This document shows positions 9,120-18,463 of a DNA stretch of 64,000 nucleotides, one piece after another. The stretch is from an uncultured delta proteobacterium (GTDB lineage: Bacteria > Desulfobacterota > Binatia > Binatales > Binataceae): positions 9,814-73,813 of the forward strand of contig CAWBMF010000011.1 of the NCBI GenBank assembly GCA_963789835.1, given 5' to 3'. The first letter of the stretch is position 1. Each line of letters starts with the position of its first letter. Below the pieces are notes generated by a model. It had not been told where the DNA came from and made no database searches. It saw nothing but the letters and a program-made list of their open reading frames with translations. Made by a program: the position numbers and the translations under genes.

Positions 9120-9902
9120 TCAAACGTTCCCCTCGCCCTTCGAAGTGCTGTCGAGGAGCTGATACTTGAAGATCGCGCCGAGGATACCCCAGGCCGCGCC
9201 AATGCTTCCTCGCAAGGTACCGCTTATCTTCGACGAGCCGATCCGGGGATGATAGCTCACCGGCACTTCGGTGATTCGAAGTCCCTGCCGCGCGCCTTTC
9301 ACGATCATCTCGACCGGCCATCCATATGTCGTTTCCCGTAACCCGAGCGCAAGCAGCGCTTGATAGCGCGCTGCTCGGAACGGACCAAGATCCGTGAGGC
9401 GGACACCGTTGAATAAAGCGATCAGGCGAGCCGCGAGACGATTGCCGAACACCGCATGCCAAGGCATAGCGCCTGCTGTCCGCTCGCCCGCCAGGCGCGA
9501 GCCGATGACGATATCCGCGGTGCCCTGCCGCAGTGGCTCCAGCAGACGAGACATCTCCACGGGACGGTCACTGTAGTCTCCGTCCAGGAACACGACGACG
9601 TCTGGAGCATTGACTGCAGCCAGGCCGGTGAGACAGGCGCGACCATAGCCACGCCGCGGCTCATGCAGAACCTCGGCCCCCATCTGGCGCGCAATCTGCG
9701 CGGTTCCGTCGGTTGAATCGCTGTCGACGACAATCACTTGTTCGACCATTCCAGCCGGAATATCGGCCAGAACGAGGCCGATGGATTGGGCTTCATTGTA
9801 CGCAGGAATGACTACCGAGACGCGCACAGATTCAGATTGGAAGCTGCGGCCAGCGCCGTGCGAGCGCGACGTCGACTGCAGCGCGCTCACCCGACGGTCC
9901 AA
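9120..9902 (-). CDS. family 2 glycosyltransferase; candidate 'transferase 2, rSAM/selenodomain-associated'
   Basis: 'VSVVIPAYNEAQSIGLVL...VIVVDSDSTDGT...VVVFLDGDYSD' is the GT-A fold DxD architecture of GT2 enzymes. Confidence 0.8.
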   Translation of the reverse strand: MDRRVSALQSTSRSHGAGRSFQSESVRVSVVIPAYNEAQSIGLVLADIPAGMVEQVIVVDSDSTDGTAQIARQMGAEVLHEPRRGYGRACLTGLAAVNAPDVVVFLDGDYSDRPVEMSRLLEPLRQGTADIVIGSRLAGERTAGAMPWHAVFGNRLAARLIALFNGVRLTDLGPFRAARYQALLALGLRETTYGWPVEMIVKGARQGLRITEVPVSYHPRIGSSKISGTLRGSIGAAWGILGAIFKYQLLDSTSKGEGNV

Positions 9903-10350
9903 GAGTCAGCGCGGCAGCTAAGGCCATTGGAATCAACAGCTCCCATATCCAGCTGAGGCCCCACTCCGAGACCCACAGGCCGGTCAGCAATCCAAACGCA
10001 ACGAGCGCGGCAAATCGGGAAAAAAAACCGAGGACGAGCGCCACTCCGAGGCTCGCTTCAAGAACCCCCTGCAGAGGACCGGTTACCGCGGCGTGGGCGG
10101 CGGTGAATCCCATCACGTGCTTCCAAAGTGTCGGCGCGTGACCATATTGGATGTAGTAATGGATCAATCCCGCGTATCCTTTGGCGGTGTACAGCTCTTT
10201 GTGAAGGTTCTCGAAGAAGGTCGACACGAATAGTGCGCCGAGCGCGACCCTTAGTATCGCGAGCGCGAGCGCGGCGTCGAGGGTGGGCAGTTTGGAGTTC
10301 CTCAAGATTTGCGCTCCTCGCGCTCTTGAGCGCCGAACACGGTGGTGCAA
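9832..10350 (-). CDS. DoxX family membrane protein
   Basis: Four-TM small protein with 'LAILRVALGALFV...GLLTGLWVSEWG' DoxX-like segments; its 5' end overlaps the GT2 gene, so the true start is probably internal. Confidence 0.55.
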   Translation of the reverse strand: MHHRVRRSRARGAQILRNSKLPTLDAALALAILRVALGALFVSTFFENLHKELYTAKGYAGLIHYYIQYGHAPTLWKHVMGFTAAHAAVTGPLQGVLEASLGVALVLGFFSRFAALVAFGLLTGLWVSEWGLSWIWELLIPMALAAALTLGPSGERAAVDVALARRWPQLPI

Positions 10351-11348
10351 GCACTCCCAGCCTTCGAGAATTGTCGCAAGCTTCCGGCGCGGCTGGCGAA
10401 TGTAGGCAGAGGCTTTCCCGCAACGAACGGGCAGAACTCATCGGGCAGGTCTAATCCTCCCCGCAGTAGCCGCCGACTCGGACAGCCGCCGCGGCACGAA
10501 TCGATGAAGCGACAATTCGCGCAAAACTGCGGAATTTGATCCAGCTCGCGGAAAGCCGGTGAGTCGACAATCGCCGCTCCCCGTTCTTCAAGCTCAGCCA
10601 GCCCGATAGTCCGCTTCGGCCAATAGACGCATGGGAGCACTTCGCCTTTCGGCGTGACGCGGATGGTACCCTTTCCGCAACCGCCCGAAACAGCGTCGAA
10701 TCCAAGAATCGCGCGCACGATAGGTTCATTGCACACGGCTAATGGACAGGATTCCAGCAGCCTCTGAAAGCCAGTCCAGAACTGCTCATAGTCGAGTGAG
10801 AAGGCATCCGTTTTGACAGGCTGATAGACATTGATCCGGAAATTTGCCCCGTGCCGGGCGGCGACCGCCCCTATCTCGGGGAGCTTGTCATAGTTGGTCC
10901 GCATCATAACGGCGATAATCGTGACCGAGACTCCAAGTCCTAGAACCCGCGCCGTCTGATCGAGCACAAGCTGCCAGTTCCCCGGACCACGCCAAGAATC
11001 CTGCTCAGGCTCGGTCGCGAAGTCCAGTGAAAACTCGAGATCAGCGAAAGCGCGCAGCTCATCATCGCTTAGGACCGCTGCCGAGTAGCCATTTGAAGTC
11101 AGCGCTATCGTGGTGCCGCGCTCGCGCAAGTACTGCAGGATCGCGTGAAACTCCGGATGAAGTCCGTTCTCACCGGTTCCAAGGTTCACCGATCGAACCG
11201 GCACATTTTCGCAAACGCGCCGAACGTCCTCGAGCGACAGACGATCAATCCGACCTGTATCGCGATAGCAATGAGCACAGGCAAGATTGCACTCGTTGGT
11301 GAGCCCAAGGCCGATCGAAAAACCATCGCCGCCAGATTGTTTCATCAT
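10302..11348 (-). CDS. radical SAM enzyme with a C-terminal Cys-rich (SPASM-like/'selenodomain') extension
   Basis: Cx3Cx2C cluster 'TNECNLACAHCY' near the N-terminus; C-terminal 'CANCRFIDSCRGGCPSRR...FCPF' cysteine-rich domain. Confidence 0.85.
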   Translation of the reverse strand: MMKQSGGDGFSIGLGLTNECNLACAHCYRDTGRIDRLSLEDVRRVCENVPVRSVNLGTGENGLHPEFHAILQYLRERGTTIALTSNGYSAAVLSDDELRAFADLEFSLDFATEPEQDSWRGPGNWQLVLDQTARVLGLGVSVTIIAVMMRTNYDKLPEIGAVAARHGANFRINVYQPVKTDAFSLDYEQFWTGFQRLLESCPLAVCNEPIVRAILGFDAVSGGCGKGTIRVTPKGEVLPCVYWPKRTIGLAELEERGAAIVDSPAFRELDQIPQFCANCRFIDSCRGGCPSRRLLRGGLDLPDEFCPFVAGKPLPTFASRAGSLRQFSKAGSACTTVFGAQEREERKS

Positions 11349-11481
11349 CTCGGCCTATCACTTACGGACACGATAATGCACCAACAGCGTGCTGTATCTC
11401 AAATGAACGAGAGTCATGAAACCGTCGTCGCCGTTGATCGACTGGACCGACGAGAACTCAAGCAGGGATCGAATTCCTACC

Positions 11482-11642
11482 TATTTCAGTCGCGTTATAG
11501 CTCCCGATAATGGGACCAAGCTCGCGGATGGCTTGGACGTATGTTCGCCCTGGAATTAACAATGGGCTGCGGTTTGCTCATCAGAGTGGCGCAATTTTCT
11601 TGAGCATCTGGGGAAATCCTAATCGCTAGGCCGCACGCCGAC
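11482..11642. repeat. ~150-bp direct repeat, copy B (partner of 5113-5262)
   Basis: Same shared blocks as copy A; lies between the radical SAM gene's upstream region and the 3' end of the cyclase/STAND gene. Confidence 0.7.
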
Positions 11643-11714
11643 CGGAAAAGGGAGAGAAACACAAGTCAGCGTCGCAATGAAACCAATTGCCGCTTTAGAG
11701 GTGCTGCGTAGCGA

Positions 11715-14700
11715 CTACATCAATCGATCGAGCACCTGGCGTGCTTCTATCAAGTCGAGCGTGTCATGGCCTTCGGTAAAACTGGAATACAATGGCTCAA
11801 GCAGGTTCCGAGCTTCCAGATTCGAGTTGCGCGACACCAGTAGAGTCGCCAAGCAGGTGGCCGCGCGCAGTTGAATAGGTTTAGCGCCGATTCGTGCTGC
11901 GGACGCGATAGCCTCGCGAAAGCATTGCTCAGCTCCTTCTGGGCGATCAGCAGTTACCGAACTCTGAGCACTCGATTCGCAAGGTAATGGTCCCGCTTTC
12001 TCGACCAGCAGTTTACCCTTGACCCAAAGTAGGTATGGTTGCCACGCTTCCTCCTCGGCAGAAGAAGCAATGGCGTCGACCACCGTCGCTAGCGCCTCCT
12101 CATGCAGGCCGGCCGCTCCCTCGGCTTCTGCGAGCATACCGAGGAAGAACCAGAGCCCCACGCGTGTACCTGGTGCGATGTAGTCAGATACACCCTTGCG
12201 CACAACCGCTAGGCCGTCTAGCACCTTCCCTTCGTTCAGCATGACCCAGCCATTAAGAATTTCGCTCGAAGCGGAAAAAAAAGGAAAATTCTGGCCCGCA
12301 ACCAGTGAGGCGAGCACCTTTGCATGCGTTTTCACTTGGATTGGGTCGCGTAGGTATACGGAAAGCACACCAGCGAAGTGCTCGGCGAAAGCGAGGTCGT
12401 TAGGTTTATTTAGGCGTTGCGCAATGTCGAGAACTTCGCGCATTTGTTCGCGCGCCAGATTGATCTCTCCCAGGTGCCACGAGGCCCAACTCTGATGGGC
12501 GAGAGCAGTAACGCCCGGATCTTGCGGGCCGAACAAATGGTCCTCGCGTCGGTAGTGTGAATAAGCGATTGCCGCGTGATCGCGGGCTCTCTGGAAATCC
12601 CCCAAATAGAATCTGCTCATCGTTTGAGCCGTGTTAGCCCAAACTATCGCGAGTACTCCGCCATCTCTTGTTGCGAGTGTAAGTAGTTCATTTGCGAGAG
12701 TTAGACCGAGGCCCTTCTCCCCTCTAGTAAGCGACGATATGTAAAGGCCAAGCAACACGAACAAGAGATTCATCGTGTTCCCGATCTTGTCGCCCAGAGA
12801 ACGGGCCTTGGCATATGCTTCCAGCGTCTCTGGCGCGGCGTACCCAAATAGAAAAGTCGAAACGTGGCCTAATCCTATCCATAGGAGCATTTCGCGCTGC
12901 GAACGCTGAGGACTCTCAGGGAGGTGTGTCAGCTCTGCAAGGGCGCGATTGTAGTATTCTTTCGCTTCAGGAAACGCACCGCGTATTACCGCCCGCTCAC
13001 CAGCCGCTTGCCAGGACGCAGACGAGCGATCGGCATCACCGGCGGCACTGTGGTGGATTGCCAGGACTTCGGGCTCCATCTGTGCGAGCTGGCCAAACTC
13101 ACGCTCGAGTACGGATGCGATTTTTCCATGCAATTGCTTGCGCTGCGCTTTAAGCAGAGCTTCGTACGCCGAGTCCCGAATCAGAGCGTGCTTGAAGGTA
13201 TAGGTTGAATCGGGCGGTAGACCCCTCTGGTAGACGACATCCGCGTCGACCAATCGTTCGAGGTGTGACTCGAGTTCACTATCCGAGAGCTCTGTAACGG
13301 AACGAATGAGTTGGTAGGAGAAGTCACGCCCAATTGTCGCTCCGACCTGGGCCACTTCCTTCGCGCCGCCCAGACGATCCAACCTCCCCATTAGCGAGTC
13401 TTGCAGGCTCTCTGGGATATCCGTGCCCGTAACGCGTGCGCCGCCCTCCAACAGCGATCGAACCATTTCTTCAACAAACAGCGGCACCCCGCCTGTTTTC
13501 TCTACAACTGCGTCCACAACTTTTCGTTCTAACGCGCTGCGCGATGCAACCTGCGCAACTAGGTCACGTATCTCAAGATCATTTAGGGGAGAAAGATTGA
13601 GTTGGGTATGATGTGCCCGAATCTTCCAAGGGATGCGGAATTCCATCCTCGCGGAACCAATGAAGAAGAGCGGCAACGCGCCAGCTTGATCCACGATCAC
13701 CTTGAGCAATTCGAGCGTGGAGGTGTCCGCCCAATGCAAGTCTTCCATCACAAGAACTGCGGGTTGAACCCTAGCGAGACCGAACAGCCACTGTGCGAGC
13801 GTGTTGATGAGCCGGTTATGTTGATCTTCGGGATAGGCTACCAAGGGTGGATATTTGTTCGAAACCGGAAGGCCGAGCAGTGACGCGATCAGTGGAACGG
13901 CTTCGGCTAGTTTGATGCCGGAAAGCTCCAACGAGCGTTCGATTTGGGTGATTCGCTCATCTGCCGGCTCATCGCCCCGCCAAGCGAATCCCTGCTGGAG
14001 CATCTCCGAGACGGCGAAAAACGGCGTGTTTTGATAGAAAGGAGCGCCGCCGCACTCAATCCAGGTATGCGGCACGTCGCCGATTAGATCGTGCGCCTTT
14101 TGGATTAGTCGTGACTTTCCGATTCCGGCTTCACCGACCACCAGTACGACTTGCCCAGAACCTGTTCGTGCCCTGTCCCATCGCGTTTGGAGTATCCTAA
14201 GTTCCTCTTCCCTTCCAATAAACGGGGTCAAGCCGCGTCCGCGGGCTGCGGCATTCACCCGCTGACGTACGCCACTAACCTGGACAACTTTGTAGAGTCG
14301 TACGGGCTCGGGAATCCCCTTGAGTTGTCGAGCGCCCTGGCTCTGGATGACGAACACCCCGGGAACCAGCTTGTTGACGGCATCGGTGATTAGAATCGAA
14401 TTCGATCCAGCTTCTGATTGAACTCTGGCGGCGATATTTGGCGTATCGCCGAACACATCAGGTGCTTCGCCACCTCCGTGGGATACCACCACAAATCCGG
14501 CATCAATGCCGATTCGAACCGGCAACTGTGACCGCCCTTCGTTCTTGAGACTCTGATTCAACAATTCCATTGCTTGAAGCAGCGCGAGGCTGGCACGTAC
14601 CGCTCTCTCCGCATCGTCTTCGTGAGCCTCCGGGTAACCGAAGAACACCAAGACACCGTCACCCAGGTACCTTACGATGGTTCCCCCGAAGAGCGTGACG

Positions 14701-15059
14701 GCTTCGCCAACGACGTTCCGATATGCCGAGATCAAACTGAGCCAGTCCTCGGGATCGAGGCCGGCGGCGGTTGCGGTCGAGTCGACAATATCGCAGAACA
14801 AGACCGTGAGATGTCGGCGCTCCGCGCCAGCAGCGTCCAAAGCCCCGAGGGGGTCCGCGTGGAGATTATGAGATCCGCGTGGAGTAGCAGATTCCGAATT
14901 CCCTGAGTCGGGAAGTGAGGATCCGCAATCGGAACAGAAACGCGCGTTGCGCGGAGATCGCGCGCCGCAGGCATGGCATATTCGCTCGAGCGGCGTGCCG
15001 CAATTTGCGCAGAAGCCTTTTCCTTCTAGAGCCTCGCTATTACAGCTCGAGCAATGCAT
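11715..15059 (-). CDS. Zn-ribbon / class III adenylate-guanylate cyclase / AAA (STAND-type) ATPase / TPR multidomain protein
   Basis: Double Zn-ribbon 'CSSCN...CANCG...CHACG...CSDCG'; cyclase 'RRHLTVLFCDIVDSTA...RIGIDAGFVVV'; Walker A 'VVGEAGIGKSRL'; long TPR-like C-terminus; 1114 aa. Confidence 0.85.
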   Translation of the reverse strand: MHCSSCNSEALEGKGFCANCGTPLERICHACGARSPRNARFCSDCGSSLPDSGNSESATPRGSHNLHADPLGALDAAGAERRHLTVLFCDIVDSTATAAGLDPEDWLSLISAYRNVVGEAVTLFGGTIVRYLGDGVLVFFGYPEAHEDDAERAVRASLALLQAMELLNQSLKNEGRSQLPVRIGIDAGFVVVSHGGGEAPDVFGDTPNIAARVQSEAGSNSILITDAVNKLVPGVFVIQSQGARQLKGIPEPVRLYKVVQVSGVRQRVNAAARGRGLTPFIGREEELRILQTRWDRARTGSGQVVLVVGEAGIGKSRLIQKAHDLIGDVPHTWIECGGAPFYQNTPFFAVSEMLQQGFAWRGDEPADERITQIERSLELSGIKLAEAVPLIASLLGLPVSNKYPPLVAYPEDQHNRLINTLAQWLFGLARVQPAVLVMEDLHWADTSTLELLKVIVDQAGALPLFFIGSARMEFRIPWKIRAHHTQLNLSPLNDLEIRDLVAQVASRSALERKVVDAVVEKTGGVPLFVEEMVRSLLEGGARVTGTDIPESLQDSLMGRLDRLGGAKEVAQVGATIGRDFSYQLIRSVTELSDSELESHLERLVDADVVYQRGLPPDSTYTFKHALIRDSAYEALLKAQRKQLHGKIASVLEREFGQLAQMEPEVLAIHHSAAGDADRSSASWQAAGERAVIRGAFPEAKEYYNRALAELTHLPESPQRSQREMLLWIGLGHVSTFLFGYAAPETLEAYAKARSLGDKIGNTMNLLFVLLGLYISSLTRGEKGLGLTLANELLTLATRDGGVLAIVWANTAQTMSRFYLGDFQRARDHAAIAYSHYRREDHLFGPQDPGVTALAHQSWASWHLGEINLAREQMREVLDIAQRLNKPNDLAFAEHFAGVLSVYLRDPIQVKTHAKVLASLVAGQNFPFFSASSEILNGWVMLNEGKVLDGLAVVRKGVSDYIAPGTRVGLWFFLGMLAEAEGAAGLHEEALATVVDAIASSAEEEAWQPYLLWVKGKLLVEKAGPLPCESSAQSSVTADRPEGAEQCFREAIASAARIGAKPIQLRAATCLATLLVSRNSNLEARNLLEPLYSSFTEGHDTLDLIEARQVLDRLM

Positions 15060-15301
15060 CTAAGCGAGTTATTACAGCAAATCTCAAATTAAGACACTAC
15101 TTGAAAATGATTACGTTGCGCATTGCCGTCTAAAATTGAAGCTTTGGGCCGGACGTCGAGTCCGAACTCAGCAAGCGAACTCAGAGCCGGGAGGGAAATA
15201 GCCTCCGGTTCAGCAACGCGGTTTAGGCAGAGGTTACGTCGCCCGCTGCTCCCTCGGCGAAATCGAACCGCTTGCCGCAGCAAGGTCCAGACTGCACCAA
15301 C

Positions 15302-18300
15302 TTATACGTTCAATTCGTCGAGGAGCGCCTTGGCGTCCTTCAAGTCGGCGGTGTCGAAGCCTTCGGTAAACCATGCGTAGATCGGCGCGAGGAGATCGCG
15401 CGCTTCTGAGGGTTTGCCCTGATCGCGCCACAGGCGCGCAAGGGTGGTCGCCGTGCTCAACTCGAAGGACTTCGCCCCCTGCGCTCGAGCAAAGTCGAGG
15501 GCGCGATGGAAATGGGCCTCAGCTTCGGCGATTGAGCCACCGCTGGCGAGAATAATCTCGCCCTGCAACCGATTCAATTCGGAATCGAATAGTCCCTGCC
15601 CCGTCTGGGCAGCGATAGCAAGTCCTGCCGCTGCCGCACCGCGCGCCTCTGTTAACTGACTCGCGGTCAAGTAAGCCTCGCTGAGCAGCGCGAATAAGAC
15701 CGGTGCGCCGCCTTGGTTGCCTGTCTCGGCTACGAGTGCGAGTCCCGCTACTAGATCGGCGATCGACTCGGACTCGCCTGCTGCCACGCGCGCCGCCGCG
15801 TATAGCGCTCTGCCGAGGCCAAGCCACAGCGGAAATCCGTGTGCCTCGCTCAGCGCAATCGTTTCAGCCGCATTCTCGCGTTGTCCTGTTATCTCGCGCC
15901 GACGCCAGTGCACAAAAGCTTTGAAGAAGAGGGCATTGGCTAGAGCGAACGGATAACCGAGCCGTCGAGCCATATCGACCGCATCCCCTGAGCTGGTGAT
16001 TGCCCGATCCAGCCATCCAAGGATCGAGAGATCATTCGCGATCCAAACCAGTAAAGGGGGACCGAGATCCTCAGCTATTGCCCCGTAGCCTTGTCCTGGC
16101 GAGTACAAAGCTTGCCCCGTCTCGAGATGGGCGAGCGCAGAAGCGAACTTGCCCTGGTAGGTTTCAGCAGTACCGATATCAAAATGTCCACTAACCGCTA
16201 GGTGCCTGTCGCCGGTCTGCTCCGCGATCGTCAACATGCGAGCGCCCACCACACACGCGCGCTCGACCAGTCCGGAGTTGAGAGCGAAAAGCGCCAGGCC
16301 GTCGAGAGCAAACCCTAGACGGGCATCGCCCGTGGTCTCGCATAGGACGCGCGCTCGGTCGTATGCAACCTCGACTTCAACGTGTGCATAGCCCTTTGCA
16401 GCCGTTAGCGACTGGCAGAGGGTAAGCTGAAGCTGTATCTCGAGAAGTTCTCGTTCCATGCCTTCTGGTTGCGACGCCAGCAGAATGATTGCTTTGCGTA
16501 GATGGCGAATCGCTTCCTCGTGTGCCGAGCGCGATTGAGCCTGCCCGCCAGCGCGCTGATAGGCGGCGATTGCCTCGCCGATCCTTCCTGCCGCCTCCGC
16601 GTGGCGCGCAAGCAGCTCCGGCTCGGCTGCCGCGGTCTCCGGGAACGTTGCCATCAGTACGTCGACGACGTGACCGTGAAGTTGCTGACGGGTGCGCTTG
16701 AGCAGGGAATCGTAAGCTGCTTCCTGTACCAGTGCGTGCTTGAACGCGTAGACGGCCTCGGGCGGCTCGCCGCGCACAAACACGATCTCCCCCTCGGCCA
16801 GGCGGGCCAATCCTTGCTGCAGGGCGGCTTGGTCCATTCCTGCGACTGCAGCCAGGAGAGAATACGAGAACTCGCGCCCGAGCACCGCGGCCCGTTGTGC
16901 CACTTCCTTGGCTGCCGAGAGGCGGTCAAGGCGCGCCATCAGGGAATCCGCTATGGTCGCAGGGATTGCCTCGACTACACGCGCCGCGCCAGGCTCCACC
17001 ATCGCTTTGGTCAACTCCTCGAGGTAGAGCGGTACGCCGTCGGCGCGAGCGACCAGTGCTTCGAGCGTGTCCTGCGGCAATTTCTCGGCCAAAAGCGACG
17101 CGACCATATCGCGAGCTTGGCGTTTGGTCAGGCGTTGGAGCGAGAGCGTAGTCGTGTTCTGTCGCGCCGACCACTGCGGCGTGAACTCGGGCCGCGCCGT
17201 AGCGAGCAACAGCACCCGCGCCGTCGCGCTTTGTTCGATCAAGCGCCCAACCACCTCCAGCGACGATGCGTCGCACCAGTGTAGATCCTCAACCAACACG
17301 ACAAGCGGTTGCGCTTCGCTCAGCGCTAGGCTCCATTCGGCAAGCAGATCGATCGTTCTGTGGCGCTGGAGGTCGGGGTTCATCTGCAGCGGTATAGGAG
17401 TCTGAAGGCCCAACAAGTCTGCCATCAGTGCAACCTTGTCTGTCGAGGCCAGTGCACCCAGACCGGTTTCGAGCTTCTTCAGCTTCTCTACCAGCGTATC
17501 TTCAGGCTTGAAGGCGAGTGCCTGTGACACCAGCGCGATCACGGGATGGAAAGGCGTGCCTACAGTGTACGGCGTGGCGCCGCACTCCAGCCAAGTATGG
17601 GGCACGGCGTTGAGGCGCTCATGGAGCTGGTAGGCAAGCCGCGACTTGCCGACGCCGGCCTCGCCCTGAATCAGAGCGTTCTGCCCTTCGCCATCCTGCG
17701 CCCGCTCCCAACGCTCTACCAGGGTCGCCAGTTCAACTTCGCGACCGACGAACGGTGTGAGCCTCCCCGAGGCGACATCGAGCCGGCTGCGCACGCCGCT
17801 TGGCCTCACAGCTCGATAGAGCGTCACCGGCTCGCGCACGCCCTTGAGCGCTTGCGGACCGAGGTCTTCGAGCACGAACATCCCCGCGACGAGCCGCTGA
17901 GTCGCCGCGGTGACGGCAACCGTATCGGGCTCCGCAGCCGTCTGGACTCGCGCAGCCACGTTTGCGGTCTCGCCGAAGACCTCGTCGCCACCCGTGACCA
18001 CCACGGGACCTGTGTGCATGCCAATTCGCACCTGCAGGCGCGGCCCGCCCTTGGCGGCGAGCGTTGAATTGAGCGACACCATTGCTTCTAAAATTGCGAG
18101 TCCCGCACGAATGGCGCGCTCGGGATCGTCCTCGTGCGCGGCAGGCCAGCCGAAGTAGATGAGCAAGCCATCTCCGAGCTTCCGGGCGAGATGTCCGCCG
18201 AATCGCACGACTGCGCTTGCCGCGATCTGTTGGTACTGCTCGATGATGTCGCGACATTCCTCGGCGTCGAGCTGCTGCGAGAGCGGAGTCGATCCAACGA

Positions 18301-18463
18301 GGTCGCAGAAGAGAACGGTCAGATGGCGCCGCTCGCCGTCGGAAGTTTCTTGATGCTCCGGAACAACACCATCCGCAGCGGGTGGAGCGTCGGCAACGCC
18401 GATCGGCGCTCCGCACTTGCCGCAAAATCGCGCTGCAGGCGAGTTCTCGAATCCGCACTTCAC
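15302..18463 (-). CDS. paralogous Zn-ribbon / class III cyclase / AAA-STAND ATPase / TPR multidomain protein
   Basis: 'CGFENSPAARFCGKCG', 'RRHLTVLFCDLVGSTP...RIGMHTGPVVV', 'IQGEAGVGKSRL'; the same architecture as the neighbouring gene; 1053 aa. Confidence 0.85.
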   Translation of the reverse strand: MKCGFENSPAARFCGKCGAPIGVADAPPAADGVVPEHQETSDGERRHLTVLFCDLVGSTPLSQQLDAEECRDIIEQYQQIAASAVVRFGGHLARKLGDGLLIYFGWPAAHEDDPERAIRAGLAILEAMVSLNSTLAAKGGPRLQVRIGMHTGPVVVTGGDEVFGETANVAARVQTAAEPDTVAVTAATQRLVAGMFVLEDLGPQALKGVREPVTLYRAVRPSGVRSRLDVASGRLTPFVGREVELATLVERWERAQDGEGQNALIQGEAGVGKSRLAYQLHERLNAVPHTWLECGATPYTVGTPFHPVIALVSQALAFKPEDTLVEKLKKLETGLGALASTDKVALMADLLGLQTPIPLQMNPDLQRHRTIDLLAEWSLALSEAQPLVVLVEDLHWCDASSLEVVGRLIEQSATARVLLLATARPEFTPQWSARQNTTTLSLQRLTKRQARDMVASLLAEKLPQDTLEALVARADGVPLYLEELTKAMVEPGAARVVEAIPATIADSLMARLDRLSAAKEVAQRAAVLGREFSYSLLAAVAGMDQAALQQGLARLAEGEIVFVRGEPPEAVYAFKHALVQEAAYDSLLKRTRQQLHGHVVDVLMATFPETAAAEPELLARHAEAAGRIGEAIAAYQRAGGQAQSRSAHEEAIRHLRKAIILLASQPEGMERELLEIQLQLTLCQSLTAAKGYAHVEVEVAYDRARVLCETTGDARLGFALDGLALFALNSGLVERACVVGARMLTIAEQTGDRHLAVSGHFDIGTAETYQGKFASALAHLETGQALYSPGQGYGAIAEDLGPPLLVWIANDLSILGWLDRAITSSGDAVDMARRLGYPFALANALFFKAFVHWRRREITGQRENAAETIALSEAHGFPLWLGLGRALYAAARVAAGESESIADLVAGLALVAETGNQGGAPVLFALLSEAYLTASQLTEARGAAAAGLAIAAQTGQGLFDSELNRLQGEIILASGGSIAEAEAHFHRALDFARAQGAKSFELSTATTLARLWRDQGKPSEARDLLAPIYAWFTEGFDTADLKDAKALLDELNV

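Noticed and set aside
8434-9462. Full 342-aa ORF as one DUF2064 gene
   Set aside because: The upstream 128 codons overlap the GT2 gene (9120-9902) on the same strand in another frame and lack family similarity. The start was moved to the Met nearest the DUF2064 N-terminus.
11145-11510. 121-aa + strand ORF ending at repeat B
   Set aside because: It overlaps the radical SAM gene on the opposite strand for about 200 nt, has no family resemblance, and ends inside the repeat; it is likely spurious, though the repeat itself is reported.
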